The translations under genes were made by a program, and so were the position numbers. 64,000 bases of DNA from assembly GCA_963924565.1 (NCBI GenBank), contig OZ004607.1, forward strand, positions 5,642,001-5,706,000, written 5' to 3'. The notes beneath the pieces are model-generated. The model searched no databases. It saw only the letters and a program-made list of their open reading frames with translations, and was not told the DNA's origin. Below are positions 26,326-40,300 of the stretch, piece by piece. Positions within the stretch are counted from its first letter, which is position 1. The number at the start of each line of letters is the position of its first letter. This DNA comes from Ascidiella aspersa. Taxonomy: Eukaryota.

Positions 26326-27783
26326 TCGATTCGTTTATTTCTACTCCGCTTAGAGGTAAATATAGTACAGAGATTTTTTGTTGGGATTTTTGTCCGTGAT
26401 AAAACTTGTTGAACTGGAGTGGCCGAAACCGCATCGTTTTGAGAAGGGAAACGAGCCATTGTTTCAGTGAAAACAACTTCGCTGGCTTAATTTCTATAGC
26501 CTACAAATAGGAACATGCAGTAGGACAGTGTTTTTAATTTTTAACGCTCAAGGGTGCTGAGAGAAATTTCAAACTCAAGATTCCAAATGTTGCTCTATTA
26601 ATAAGATTCCTGATACAATTTTTTGTGTATAATAAAAGTGCCAATAATTAAAAACAGTTAATGTGCTGTTTCAATCTGGTTTATTGTCACGTTACCGTTA
26701 ACCACTCAGCAAAAATATAAGCAAGGGTGCCTTGTTTTTTCACAAAATACGTCACTGTGTGGAAACTAGACAGTGTGCAAGTGTTTATCCCGTTGAGGCT
26801 CCAGCACTTTGGCTTGTTTTCTCCCGTAGGCAATCGCCTGGTGTGTAAACCCCGCGGGACGTATCGCTTACCTGGAGTTTCCTAAAAAGGCTACCTGGTC
26901 TAGCAACCAGCAGCAGTAGTGCATAGCTAGATTCGTTTCTCCCCAAGCGAATCCAACGTTCGACAAATTGCTTCGAATCGCAACGTATAAGGGCCGTTTT
27001 AGGCAGATGCAAGTTTTGTAAATTGCGTACACCAGTTTTCGTTGATTGTGTGCGTCGAGAATTTGTCAATGTGGCGTTATTTTTTTTGGTAGTTCTCGAA
27101 AGTAGCCCCTACCATTACAAAAGGGTACAGGCAAGCAAATCGAAACTTAATAATACATCCGTTCAGAAGCCTAATAATATTTTGGTAAATATACTTTACA
27201 CTTCCCGGTCTTAATTAAAGTAAGACCTCCAGAAGTTCTAGACTTTAACAGAGAAATATACTAGAACTTCTGAATGACTGACTTTGACTAAGATCGGAAA
27301 GTCTAAGTATATTTGCCCCCATTTAAAGCCATTGTCGTCTTTACGTGTAAGGGGGAGAAGATATATTCCTATTTTACACATTTAGTTTGTCAATATTTTG
27401 GCATTTACTTATTGCCTTGCTGTGTACGTTTGAATGTCAAAGTGTAACTGTGTCGTTTTGTAGAAATTGTGTCGGGAATCTTTTTTATGTCGTTAGTGTG
27501 CCCCAAGCTTATAAAGTTTCAGCACCACTAGCGTTCGCGCTTAACATTAACAGTTTTATCGAGAGGGATGCAATGTTTTGCATAACAGACTCGTGTTCCT
27601 TCATTGGAATTATGTTGTATGATTTTCAGCTTTCAACGGAAAACGCTAAAAAACAGCTTTTCGCTAAACTAGGAATACAAGTAGAAAAATTCCGTTCAAG
27701 AAATCAGGACAGAGCCAAGGCTAATAGTTTCCAAAGCTGGCAAAATTAGATTGATTAAGACATACGCGTTTGTCTTTTCGCAG

Positions 27784-27856
27784 CTGAACTAGTAACAGAG
27801 AGAATTATTTCGAGCAAGGCGGTTGGCAAAGTTTCTACACTTTATGTTCGTTCCAG
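27784..27856 (+). other. Candidate non-coding 5' exon of the IkappaB-like gene
   Basis: Strong acceptor TTTGTCTTTTCGCAG| and perfect donor CAG|GTGAGT, 73 nt apart; no transcript evidence. Confidence 0.3.
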
Positions 27857-28627
27857 GTGAGTGATACAAAGTCCAGCCGTCGCTTTACAAAGATCGCTTT
27901 GTAATCAAGGCCGCGGCAAACGATTGCCCAAAGGGTCGAGAGCTTTGGCAAATATTCAGTGCAGCATAATTCCAAAAGAGGTTGCTTATTAATTTGAGGT
28001 TAATACAGGTTGCGCCGGTCGGGAGTGCGCGCCAATATTAGCCAGCCAAAGCGGGTGGCATACAGAAGCCTATTAAGTTGTGCGGTTAACCCCTTACAAG
28101 CTATATAGTTTGTGGATCGTATGACACTTCCCCTTATTAAGCGATTGGAGCCGCGGTATTGACAACTACCGTCGCCCGTCGCGTCTATCGGGTGGCGTAA
28201 ATAAACTGGCTTCGTATTTTTTTTCAGGATTTCGACAGCATTGTTTCGAACAATAGATTCTAAAGGCATGTATTTTGGATAATAATTAATAGGTAGTGTG
28301 AGTTGAGCTAACGGACAGCTGCCTTGATTTTATGGTGGTTGTTCAGCAATTGTGTTTAGTCGGTTTGCAGTGGCCTTTGCTTATCGTCAGTCTGTCGGCC
28401 TGTATCTTGTAAATGTGCATTGAACATTGTTCTTTGACCAGTTCCCAAGCTGAACGGTTGCCGAGTATACTTGATAAGCAATTTCCCGGTATCCCGACAG
28501 CCTGTTCGAATTAATGTAAAATTGAAAGGACGCACCTAATTTACATTTTTTTAATGTTGTTTTTGTAGGGAAAGAAGCTCCTTGGTGTATTTGAATTTTT
28601 TTAACCAAAACTTATTATTCTTTAGCC

Positions 28628-29297
28628 CAGTGATTCCCAAACTTTTCTTCTCGCGTAACATTTTCAGCTTTTGCACAGTGTTCATGTACCACCTAAGACT
28701 AGGTTAGAAATACATTGATTTAAATAGCTTATTGTTGTTTGAAGTACTGCATTAGTGTCTTGGCGTCTTCAACCACATGATTTCCAACACAAATCAGTAT
28801 ATTTTTCGGGTTTAAGCAAAACTCAAAAAAATACTTACAACAACTATAAAAATGTCAAAGAAAACAAGACGATGGTTATTTTATAAAAAAATGTGATGTA
28901 AACGGTTGAAATGCAACGTAAAAATAATTGCAGAAAATTAACAAAGACTTACTTATTGAAATAGGAAATGGATTAATTTCAAATCACCAGCAGAGAAAGA
29001 CAACAAATACTGTTCAAGCCGTTTGTCCAAATCAGAGAGGCCTGGGTGGTTAATTTGTAGACGATTTACTGCTCTCATGTTAAACAGCTAACAATTGGCG
29101 TTTTATTATCTTGAACAAGATAAGTGTTACGTCATAAACGTGCGAAACCTCACATAAAAGGTAACTAAAACGCAACATGGCAAATTACCCAATCTGAAAG
29201 TTTTAAAAGTTGGGAGTTTTCGCAAATTTAAACGTATGCTGAAGTTAGTCGCGTACCACCTGAAAGACTCTCGCGTACCACAGTTTGGGAACCACTG
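28628..29297. mobile_element. hAT-type non-autonomous element
   Basis: TIR CAGTGATTCCCAAAC/GTTTGGGAACCACTG; TSD CTTTAGCC. Confidence 0.88.
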
Positions 29298-31193
29298 CTT
29301 TAGCCCAAAAACTTGCTCACCCCAATGCTGAAAATTCGTAATGTTTTTTAGATAGCTAAACTTTTTTTGACAGCTGTAAAACCATTTATCAAGTAAAATG
29401 AGAATTTTGAAGTGGATATTTTCCAAAATTTTAACAAAGCTTAATAAACAAACAAATTCTGGAAAACCTGTATAGACCAACTTCGAAAGCACTGGGCTAT
29501 ATGTTGTTACTGATATGGTATGTTCAAGTTTTCAAATAATTTTCTAGATTTTTATTCCATGTAAAAGCAACCATGTAATTTAGCTGCCGATATTCTGCAT
29601 AGTATACTATGCAAACATGACACGAAAATACCTACAGCATTTTTTCTTAAAATAATGCCTCAGCAAAGGGTTGAAATTTACAGTTCAGCAGTTAGACAAA
29701 GAACAGCAGCAGCGTAGGTTTGATTTCCCTGTGTAACAACTGAGGTGGCAGCAAAATACAGTAGAGTAGACTGTTGTGCTTTTTAACGCGAAAGCGCTAA
29801 GCAGCTGACCAATTTTCTATGAGTGGTCGTCGAGTCTGGACTTTGCAGAAAGCACCCGGGGCCCGGCGGCGTTGCGAACAACGCACTGTTCCTGCTATTT
29901 CCCGTGTTAATATTCATAAAAACCAAGGAACTGGCAACGTGCGTATAGGGGCTCCAGCTTCCTGTCAAGCCAGCGCGCGCACTCGCTTCGGTGCATTGAC
30001 CAGACGAACAGGTAGACGGCCCGCTGTGAACTATACAGCCTGCCGCAGCAACCAGCGCCGCCGCAACCCCTGCCTTTATTGCTTGGAAAGCGATTTTATG
30101 ACCGCTTTTTTTGGCGAGCAGGTTGCTGTTTGCCAGCATGCTCTATGTGCAGCGCGAGTCGGCTGCTGAAAGCCGCCGTGAGCCCCAATACAGCGCTGTG
30201 TGTGTTGCATAGCGAACCTTGGTGTATACTGAGCAAACACAGCACAGTGGGTCGTACTTTGCGTTTCGTTCTCCTTTTAACCTTGGCGCAGTTCATGTTG
30301 CCCTCCTTAGCGCGGCTCAGCTAGTTGGCGTGTAAACCTCTTTTGTGAAACAGCCTGTCAATACCATTGTTACGTGGAAAATTAACACTAGGCTAAATTA
30401 AGCGAACAATAACATGTTACTTTATGTTGGTTTGTGAATACCGTCATAGTCATAGGCCCATTTAAAAATGATTTTTTTTATTTAATATTGTCATGCGTTA
30501 CCTTCCATACGAAAGCAGCATTCAGATATAAATTAGAAATCTGTTGTACTCAGTCTCTGTAACATCGTATCGCTTTAAAAGTTTATCAGTTTCTAACGGG
30601 AGTAATCAGATGCCTATATAAAGGCATATTGTATTGCTTCTCGACAAGCTTTCGCACAACCGTACTTGAAACAAGTTGTCTTTATATAGTGCCACCTTAT
30701 TGCCGTTAATTAGAACTTTGACAAATACGGCCATTTACAAAGTTTCTTGAGACGAATTGTATAAGTCTCGACAAGCTTTCGCACAACCGTGCTTCATCAG
30801 GTCAAACTGGACTAAATACAATACAATACAAATTGTCTTTGTATTATGCCACCTGATTAATCAGACAAACACGGCCATTCGTAAAGTTTTTAACGCGTAA
30901 CAACGTTTTTCTGGCTTGTATTTTTCAGGCAGACTGTCCCTCTTTAGGTGTACATATAATTCATCCTAGTGAAGCCACCATATTACCATAGTTAGAATCA
31001 GACAAACACGGCCATTTACAAAAGTTTTAACGCATAACCATCTTTTTCCGGCTTTTATTTTACAGGCAGACTGCCCCTCTTTAGGTGTACATAGTTTATT
31101 ATCCTAGGCCACTCGCATCCCCCAGTTTCACGCTGTATGTATATTTTCGCGTGACGTGCCAAACGACCGACCGCTCGACCGACCACGGACGCA

Positions 31194-31366
31194 ATGGCCA
31201 AGCTGCCGCCGGTCCTCGAACAATCTGAGCCGCTGCTCAAGACCATTCAGCGGGTCTACCACGAGCACTTGCTGCGCACCAAAGCGATGGCAAGCGTGGC
31301 AGCGCGCAGCGACCAAGCCGCGGCCGAACTGAGCTGGGCTCTGACCTGCGACGAAGACGGCGACAC
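31194..31366 (+). CDS. IkappaB/BCL3-like exon 1 (MAKLPPVLEQ...WALTCDEDGDT)
   Basis: ATG in GCAATGG context, in-frame TGA upstream at 31152-31154, donor AC|GTAAGT. Confidence 0.85.
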
Positions 31367-34300
31367 GTAAGTGTAACTATGGTAAAGGCTGGTATAAAAG
31401 TCCCCGCACCCCCTAGGAACACCCCCTAGGTTCTCGCATCGTGGTTAAGAAACCCAGCTTTAAATCAAATTTAAAAGTCCCCGCACCCCCCGCACCCCCT
31501 ACGTTCTCGCATCCCTGGTTAAGAAACCCAGCTTTAGATCAAATTAATTATAGATCTGAACTGCTTTCATATGTTTTTATTATTGTATTATTACTTTGCT
31601 ATGCATGTGTAGGCCTATTTTACTTGAATTATGGGAACCGACGATGCCGGTATTGGCGCAATATATATTCCTTAAAACATGTTTGATCCTGGTAGAATTG
31701 CTTAAATATGTCAACCATTGTAAATTTTTATATACACAAGTAACGGATAACACAGTAACACAATACCAAAATGTTAGTTAGTTTAACTGACAAAGAAATT
31801 AACATTTTCTGTGTCTGATTTAGCATCCCCGCGCCCCCCTAGGAACAGTTCTCGCATCTCTGTTAAAAAAAACCCTGCTTTAGATCAAATTAAATGGACC
31901 TGTTATCCAATGGTTCAACTTGCACTTACGCTTAGCTATAATAAGAATCCGAAATCTTGTGTACCTTTCAAACCGTTCAATGTCAGTGAAAAACCCAAAC
32001 CAGGTTCTTTTATAGACTTTTTCCAAGTTTGACTACACAATAAAAAGTACGTAAATTGGGAAACGCGTAACCCTAGTTATCCACCAGACATTAATTACCG
32101 TTCGCTTTGACCCCTTAAAACAATTCCCAAATCGCCCTTTTAAAGAAAAGCCCCCAACAGCACTTAATCCACATAGCGCATTTCTAACAATCGATTCCTC
32201 GACTGAAAATCGCAGGCAGGCTGCCTGCTAAGCCCGTGACCAGAAGCGAGCAGTTTGATATTGAGAGTTTACGGTGAGGGCTACTTCACTTACGATCCCA
32301 TCCACCAGAAAACATGTTCGACAGAGAACCGGACGGGAGGCTAATCGATAAATGGGCTACGTGTCTGCTAGGCGGCAAAACAGTTTTCGCTGGTGGCGTT
32401 CAGCGCTCGTTTAAAAGCGTTTGAACGATTCAAAAAAACAAAACAAAAAGTAGGCTTACATAATTTATATAAACTGTTGCTACCAGGCATAACAATATCA
32501 ATCAAAAAACAGCTCCTCTGGAAATTGTACTCATTTAACAACGTTTTTACAATTACCTTTTTTTTATTATTAAAAAACAAAAAAATATGTTTTTATTTTT
32601 TTTTTATATGTTTTTGATCAGGTATGGTAACTTAAAAGATGCACGGGAAATACGATTATAAACGATATCCCGCAGCATTGAAGAACCACTCACTATTATT
32701 TAACGAAACGTTAACTTACCAAAAGTGGTTCCCATACATTTTTGGCTCACGGCACACTAAAAAAATCTTAACTATATCGCGGCAAACTTTTAAAAGAGAA
32801 ACAATAGAGTATTTTTACAATCGCCTTAACACACTGCAAACTATATGTAAATGTCTCAAAATTATTAATTTGTATTGAATAGTGCAACTTTAGTCTAAAA
32901 TTCCTGCGTGTATGCCTATTATTAATACAAATACTATCTTTTCCAAAATACAAATAAGCTTCGAGGCACACTAGAGTGTTTGGAAATCACTCGACTAAAC
33001 AATGGTAAACGTTCACGTAGGCTTGCGTTTTCTGGCCCTGTATGCAAATTAATTTGGACTGACTACCACTTTCAGTCACAAAGGTCACCTTGTTTGGCGT
33101 TGAGGAGAAGCGTGACATTGCGCGCCCAGAAGGTTTAATCCAGACCTGAGGCCAGAAATTGCGTTCCGCGGCTTTTTAGCCCCCGCATAGGAGTTCGAAA
33201 TGAAATCCAATGTTGTAATGACTTTCCTGTTTCCAAATAACGTGGCTTGATTTGGTTCTTTCGGAAAAGTGACCAAGGATCTTAAATGTTTTAGTTAAAT
33301 ACATGTATTGTTTTTGTCGTAGCTATGACCAAATAAATATGAAATTATTTAATTGTAAGAGTTTTATTTATTTTTTAATGTCGAACTCAGTCTTTCTTAA
33401 ACCATTGGTCTCCGACTGTAGTCAACACGGTTAAATTTATTAGGATTGGAACTGGACAAAAACATCTCTTATATTTAAGGAAATAAGACGCGAATTTTTT
33501 AAATTTAAATTTATTTATGCGGTTTGTGTGTTCTACTGTGTTCACTTACTTTAAAGTTGATTTTATAGATTTGGGTTCCAAATTTTCGCTTCTATACTTA
33601 AGTATGGAAATTGGGTGGCCGCGAAAAAAGTCGAAAATTACCAGTGTTGTAAACAAGTCATTTTAAATTGACTTAAGTCCCAGTCAAGTTATTTGCAAAA
33701 CAACTTAAGCCCAAGTCAAGTGTTTTTGAATAAATAACAAGTCCCAGTCCAAGTCATCAGTTGCGCAAGTCAAGTCCCAGTCAAGTCATAATTAGAGCAA
33801 GTCAACTTCAAGTCATGTCCTTGTTAAAAAATAAAATTTTAAACTATTAAAATTTTTAAATTTGTATGATTATGAGCAATCACTGAACTAAAAAATAAGA
33901 AAAAACGCAACATATAGCAAGCAATTTGTTTTATGTGCTAAAATTTGGATAAATAGCTCAATTTAAAAAAAAATACTTGAAAAAAACGCTTCATTTTAAC
34001 CCAAGTCATCTGAATGACTTAAGTCAAGTCAAGTCATTTGTCCGAAAGACTTACGTCAAGTCAAGTCATTTTTCCCAAATGACTTAAGTCAAGTCAAGTC
34101 GTTTGAAAACAGTGACTGAAGTGCACTTAAGTCAAGTCATTGACTTAAGTCATTACAACACTGGTACAAGCAACTTCATATTGAAGGGGGTCTACAGTAA
34201 TTAATGTTTTAAGTCCTTGAACCGCTTTGGCAATGACTTTACCTTGGACTGGCACTGACTGCAGATAATCAATCCGAGGTCATTTTTGGATAAAATATGT

Positions 34301-37300
34301 CCTTTATTGAATTTCGAGAAGCCGAAGCCGTATATATGCAAAAAAAAGTAAATTTTAAACTTCCATAAAATGTGGTTCGTTAGTTTGTGGACTTTGGCGG
34401 ACCGCCAACTGCTAACCATATTTTTTCGCGGAAGGCGCACAAGAATGTTTTTTTTAAATACCAATGTCAGTTTTTTGCTCCTAGTCAGTCCACACATTTC
34501 GCCGTAACTAAAAAACATACCAGCATGGTCCACTGTTCCCAAAAAGAGTCTTTATTCTATTTCTGCACTCAAACATTTCCAAGTCTTGTGCCATCGGAAT
34601 TCCGAACGCGATTTAATCACGAAATCTAACCGCCGCGACAAACCAGAGAACGTGTTTATTAAGAGCAGGAATGCCGCCACAGGCCGCAAGTAACAAAGCC
34701 TTAATCTCTCTGCACAGGCCGTTGCACATCGCGGTTGCCAAGGGCGACGAGGCTATGACGCGACGACTGTTGAAATGTCTCGCTGGCGGCAACGTTTCGT
34801 GCAACATCAAGAACAAACTGCTGCAGGTGAGCCAAAGGACTTTTTTGTTTTACTTTTTGTTTGATTGGATGGATGTAGCGGCAAAGCGCTTTACACAATA
34901 TTGAAATTATTAGCCGTAAAAAAAGTTGGATTTCTATAAATCAGTAGTAAATGAATGAAAATTGACGGAACTTCATTATTATATTTTTATATTTTTTTCT
35001 TGTTTACGCATAGTAAGAATATTGTAAGAAGTATTCATGTAGTAAAAATACAGTATATACTTAGAATTAATGCCTTCTCACTATGTTGAAAATGAATTAA
35101 CAATTATTCGATACGTGCAAAATACTACACTTTCGTATGGGCTTGGATATTCTTACTACCTCTCATTCCAACCTCCAACCAATATGCCCCAAAGAAGTAT
35201 TCACTTTAATAATTCCTATTTAAGTTTAGTTAGACTAACACATATTTAAGTTTAGTAAGACTAACACATATTTAAGTTTAGTTAGACTAACAGCGTTTTT
35301 TTCCGGAAAACTTTGGTATACTTTCCAACATGCTGCGCAGTGCGCAGTCAGTGTCCGCCTCGAGATTCGACGGAGTCGGTAATTTTGCTAGAACCGGATT
35401 CGGGACTCCAGTAAGAATACGTGAGACTACCAGAGTCCCTCCGGCATGCACATGCATCAGAACCCAAAGACACCCCTCTAAGTGGATTACTGAATATTTA
35501 AAAATTACTTCTACATATTTGTCATGTCCCTGAGTTTTATGGATGAGCAAATTGACATTTTTTTCTAAATCTACCCCCCCCCCCCAAAAAAATAGCAAAA
35601 TTAACAGTTTTTTTTTTTAAACGCTTAAAATGTTTTGTTCGTAAATGTCGATTTTTCAAAGGATAGCAAAATCTAGATGACAAAAACCCCCTCTTAGGCT
35701 GGTATCCCACCCGGATGCCTCAGATTAAGAATCGAAGCCCAAAAATCCGCGACCGTTTCGCAAATGTCAAAACAAGCTCAGACAAATCTCTCGTCCACCT
35801 GAAAAAAACAGAGTATCATTCTAATCACGCTTTTTGCCATATTTTTCAATGATTTTAATTTGATAAAAAAAAACGAAAAAACGATTTTAATTTGATAACC
35901 AACGCAACCGTAGTGATGCCGAAAACATCAACTTAAAATTGGACTTTGGCGGCTAAATGCCCCAAGCGCATGATCAAACAAGAAGACAGTCGCTCTCGCG
36001 TATTTTCCTGGCTCAGCCCCGGAACTAAGCCCTCGAAGCCTTTGCGCTATGCGCTGCCTAGGGCGATGTATTTCTGTCGATTCTCAGACAAACTTTTGTC
36101 AGTTGAAATTCCATTTTAAAACGACGGCCTATAGGTTAACCACGAGGCTTGAAAGTCGCCTAAATCAAAGCAAATGACACCCGACTGAGTTAGAAAAGTC
36201 ATTTTAAACTGAATTAAGTCCCAACAAGCGATTCGTAATATAGCTACTGTATAGGTTTAAATTAGGCAATTTTATCAAATAACATTTGTCCAAGTCTAAA
36301 TCATATATTATGAAATCAAAGCCCCCAGGTCATTTACACATCAATTAATTTCATTCCAGGTCAAGTCATTAATATTAAAGTGAGTGCGTTAAACTATTAA
36401 AATTGATCAACTCATTGTAGAGGATTCTTTCACATCACTACCACTAGAAGTAAAACAAATGGACCCAAACTGTTTAAAACGGAGAATTAAGTTCAAAGAA
36501 TGTATTAAATAAACACACTTAATTATCCTCATTTATCTAAACGACGAGTTACCTAAGTGAAGTCGAGTTACTTATTTCATCACACAAGCAGTGGCTTGAG
36601 TGAACTTAAGTCAGGTCATTACAGCACCGTCTGATTTTCCAACCAGGTTGGTGTTTTGTACGGACGATAGTTCGATTGGCGAAGTAGGTCGTGCTATCTC
36701 GGATGAACCACGTCGACTTACGCGATGTTTGTTCTTTGCCGATCACGCCACTCGCTAACGCCCTGTATGATTTCACTGGCGGCCATTCGTTGCCCAGCGC
36801 GTAATCCTAGCCTACAACTTGGTAGACAAAGTCGTTGTCCTAAACTAAATTAAGCTTTATTTTGTTTTACGCCCAGCCGACAAAAGACGCCCTGACAGTG
36901 ACTGTCAAATACTGTGTCCCCGCCTATTAATAAACTAGATTTGTTTCACCGTATGTTGTCTTGCATTTTGTTTACCGCCCTTATTGTGAGCAAGGCTACA
37001 AACGAAACTACAAATGTTTGCATCCATGTAAAACGCCCTGGTGCCGGTCCGCGTCAACTTTCCTGCCGGTCCGCCAAATATATTACAATCTTAAATCTCA
37101 ACTACTAAATGCAAGATGCTGAAGGCTTGTCCATCAAATTTAAAACTTCGCCAGCTTCGTAATTTGCAACATTGTGACGTAACATGGAGTTAATGGTCTA
37201 CTTAGGACTTTATCGTACGACACAATGCAAGTGTTGTGCCCAACTGTTTAAAATTAGGCTACTGATCGTTTAAGTCGTAAATTTTAGGACCAGTTGTATG

Positions 37301-40300
37301 TGAAAAACTTTAATAGAGCCACGTATAACACGTATGATATGAAAGACAGCAGCAAATTGCTCATTGAATTTAAGTTTCCATTCTTTGCTTTTAAGTTGCA
37401 CACTTTTCTCATATTTGCATTTTGGTTTGATTTTGATTTTTGAAGGTCCACCGGTCCGCAAAATTTGTTTTGAAATTTTACCGGTCCGTAAGATGAAAAA
37501 GGTTGAGAACCACTGTCCTATAGCACACAAACCAGTGGTATAAACCAAAAGATTTTGTAATTTTTGGCCGTAGTAAACGAACCAGTGGTATAACTCCAAA
37601 AGATTTCTTAATTTTTAGCCGTTACATCAAAAGTTTTATTTATTTTTCGAACTCTGCAAACACAATTATGCTAAACTAAATATTTGCACTAAAATGTTCG
37701 AAGTTCGTACAAACATCTCCGGATTACCTAGTAAACCTATAACATACTCCTTAATGTTTTTATATATTAATGACTACCTCCAGTTGTCTTTGCAATGAGA
37801 AACATTTCTATTGACTTTCCTAACATATATGTCCACCGGGGTTTACATGAAAGCTAAGTTAAATTAATACTGCCTAAGATAGGCTTTACAGCTAGATGGC
37901 GTACGAATGACTTGGGCCCCGCATCAATGACGAAATTAATTCTAAACTATGTTTGCGTTTTGCTGTTAAAAATCATCGCACTCACTATAAACTGAAATAA
38001 TTCTTTTCGAGAAAATTTATTTTCTGTATAAACAACATATGCATAAGGATTGCAATAACGCAAAATTATTTCCTACCAAGGGTTATAAGAGATTGTTCAT
38101 GTATAGATATATTTCGAAAAAAGTGAAAAATTTTCGTCGAACTATTATCTGTTTGGACCACCAAATATTTACAATGAAGTGATTTTGCCACTGTTCAACA
38201 ATAGCTCGATGTTGTTGTTTTAATTCGGCGTTGAACTGGTATAAGAGCAGGGCGGTTAACCTTGATATCCATAAGCCTTAGCGTTGACCGCATAACGTAA
38301 ATCCAGCACACTTGTATTAGTGCCTGTAGTAGTGGCATAGTAATAACTCTGTAGCTGTGGCGTAGTAGTTACTTGTTAGATGCCCGCCTAACGTCATGCT
38401 GCTCCGGCGCTCTCTCTCAACCAATACTACAACTGCTTTTGATAATTTCTCTGCAAGTGGACTGGGCTATTTTAAAGCACAGTACAAGAAACCCCGAATC
38501 CCCAGCTGTATTTTAATGCCTCCCTGCTAAATCGCCGCTTTCTGACGTGTGTTTTATCCAGGGAGTCGAACCGCTTGACTTTTCCGGTTCAGGTTCGGTT
38601 CGGGTTCAAGGATTTTAGTTCCGGTTTCGGTTCGGAGTAATTTAAAAGTTCCGGTTCAGCTCCAGTTCGACCATCGTTATTTCAAAACCGGTTCATAAAG
38701 TTCCGGTTCAGATACAATATAATTTGCGTTAAATCTCAAAATGTGGATTGATAAATGTAGAGAATAATCTTTGAGTCATTTAATCTAAGTTCCGTGACTT
38801 ATTAAAATAACAGCAACTCAATATTGAAATATCTAAAAAATAAAAAATAAACGATTTTTTTATTTAATATTCATATTTTTTTCATAAAATTTCGAACATG
38901 GCGTAACTTGACTCTCTGTAAAACAGAAGTTGTGACGTCATGCTGGAGCGAACCGCTTTTGTTTACAGGTTCGGGTTCGGTTAAGGTTCAGGTACTTTCA
39001 AATTATTCGGTTCAGTTCCGGTTCGGCTCCTTAAAATCTTATAAAAACCGGTTCAGGTTCGGTTACGGTTCGGAAAAAATTGACCCAAAACCGGTTCATA
39101 AAGTTCCGGTTCGGTTCCGGTTCGACTCCCTGGTTTTATCTCGCCTCTTTTTTCCGTTTGCACTCGTTTTGCTGTCCTTATATGAATAAAAAAATACCAC
39201 TGCTTTTGCTATCCACCACATTAACAGCCCATTGCAACCGGGTATTTTAAATCTAGACTTCTCGCAGAGGCTCAATAAGTTAGCTAGATTATTCGCCAGC
39301 ATTGTTTCCTTGTAAGGTACGCCACTGCGAAAATTTTAAGCCATTATTTTTTTATTTTACTGCTCCACTTGTACCGGATTGAAGGTGTACTTTGTTTGTG
39401 TTTTCCTAAAATTTTATACTAATCTTAACGATTTACCGAAGTTCTAGATCAGGGGTTCTTGAACTTTTTTTACCTCAGGCCCCTAATTTAATTTTGTGCC
39501 TCGCGTGCTCCACATTAGGCGCGAAATTTTGATGACTTCTTAAATTCACATTCACAATGACTTCAGAAATCCGCTGATTTCGGTTTAAATAATGTAAAAG
39601 TGAAGTGGAGTAAAAGTACAAAGACCGTTTTATTTTCAACTAAACTCTTTTGAAAAAAATGATTACTTCTTAAATATACACTAACATTTCAGTTAGGCCT
39701 TCATGGACCCCCTAAAAATTGTTCACGGACGCCCAAGGGACCCAAGTTTAAGAACCCCTGTTCTACATCCAGTGCTCTGCTACCTCAGCCGTAAAATATG
39801 TAGGATTACAGAAAAAAAGCTTCTCTGTTTTGAAAATTTTCTGAAACGGAACACTGAATAACAGTTGTGTGTTATGCTTTTAGACGCCATTTCACCTGAC
39901 GTGCATCACCGACAACGCACCACTAGCGGCTCTCTTCGCCGAGTCGGACGCCAGCTGCCTTGACGTCACCGATCGCCATGGCAACAACGGCGTGCACTTG
40001 GCTGTCAAGCACAGCTGCAAGGAAACCGGACACGCCACCTTGCGGACAGTTTTGAAAGTCAGCTCGCCGGTGGCGCTAGAGAGCAAGAACATCTACGGTA
40101 GGAAACGCGTTTTGTTACCAAAGTTGTAACTGTAAATTAAGGCATATTTTTGTTTTTTCGCACACTTAATGGACGAAATTCAGATTGGGAAAAAGGAATA
40201 TTTTGGAGCTTAATGGTTGGAGGTTATAGTAAGACGTAAAATTAATATCTAAGGCTATACAGAAGTAGGTAGCAGTTTGACCGTTTCGAACACTCTGTAA

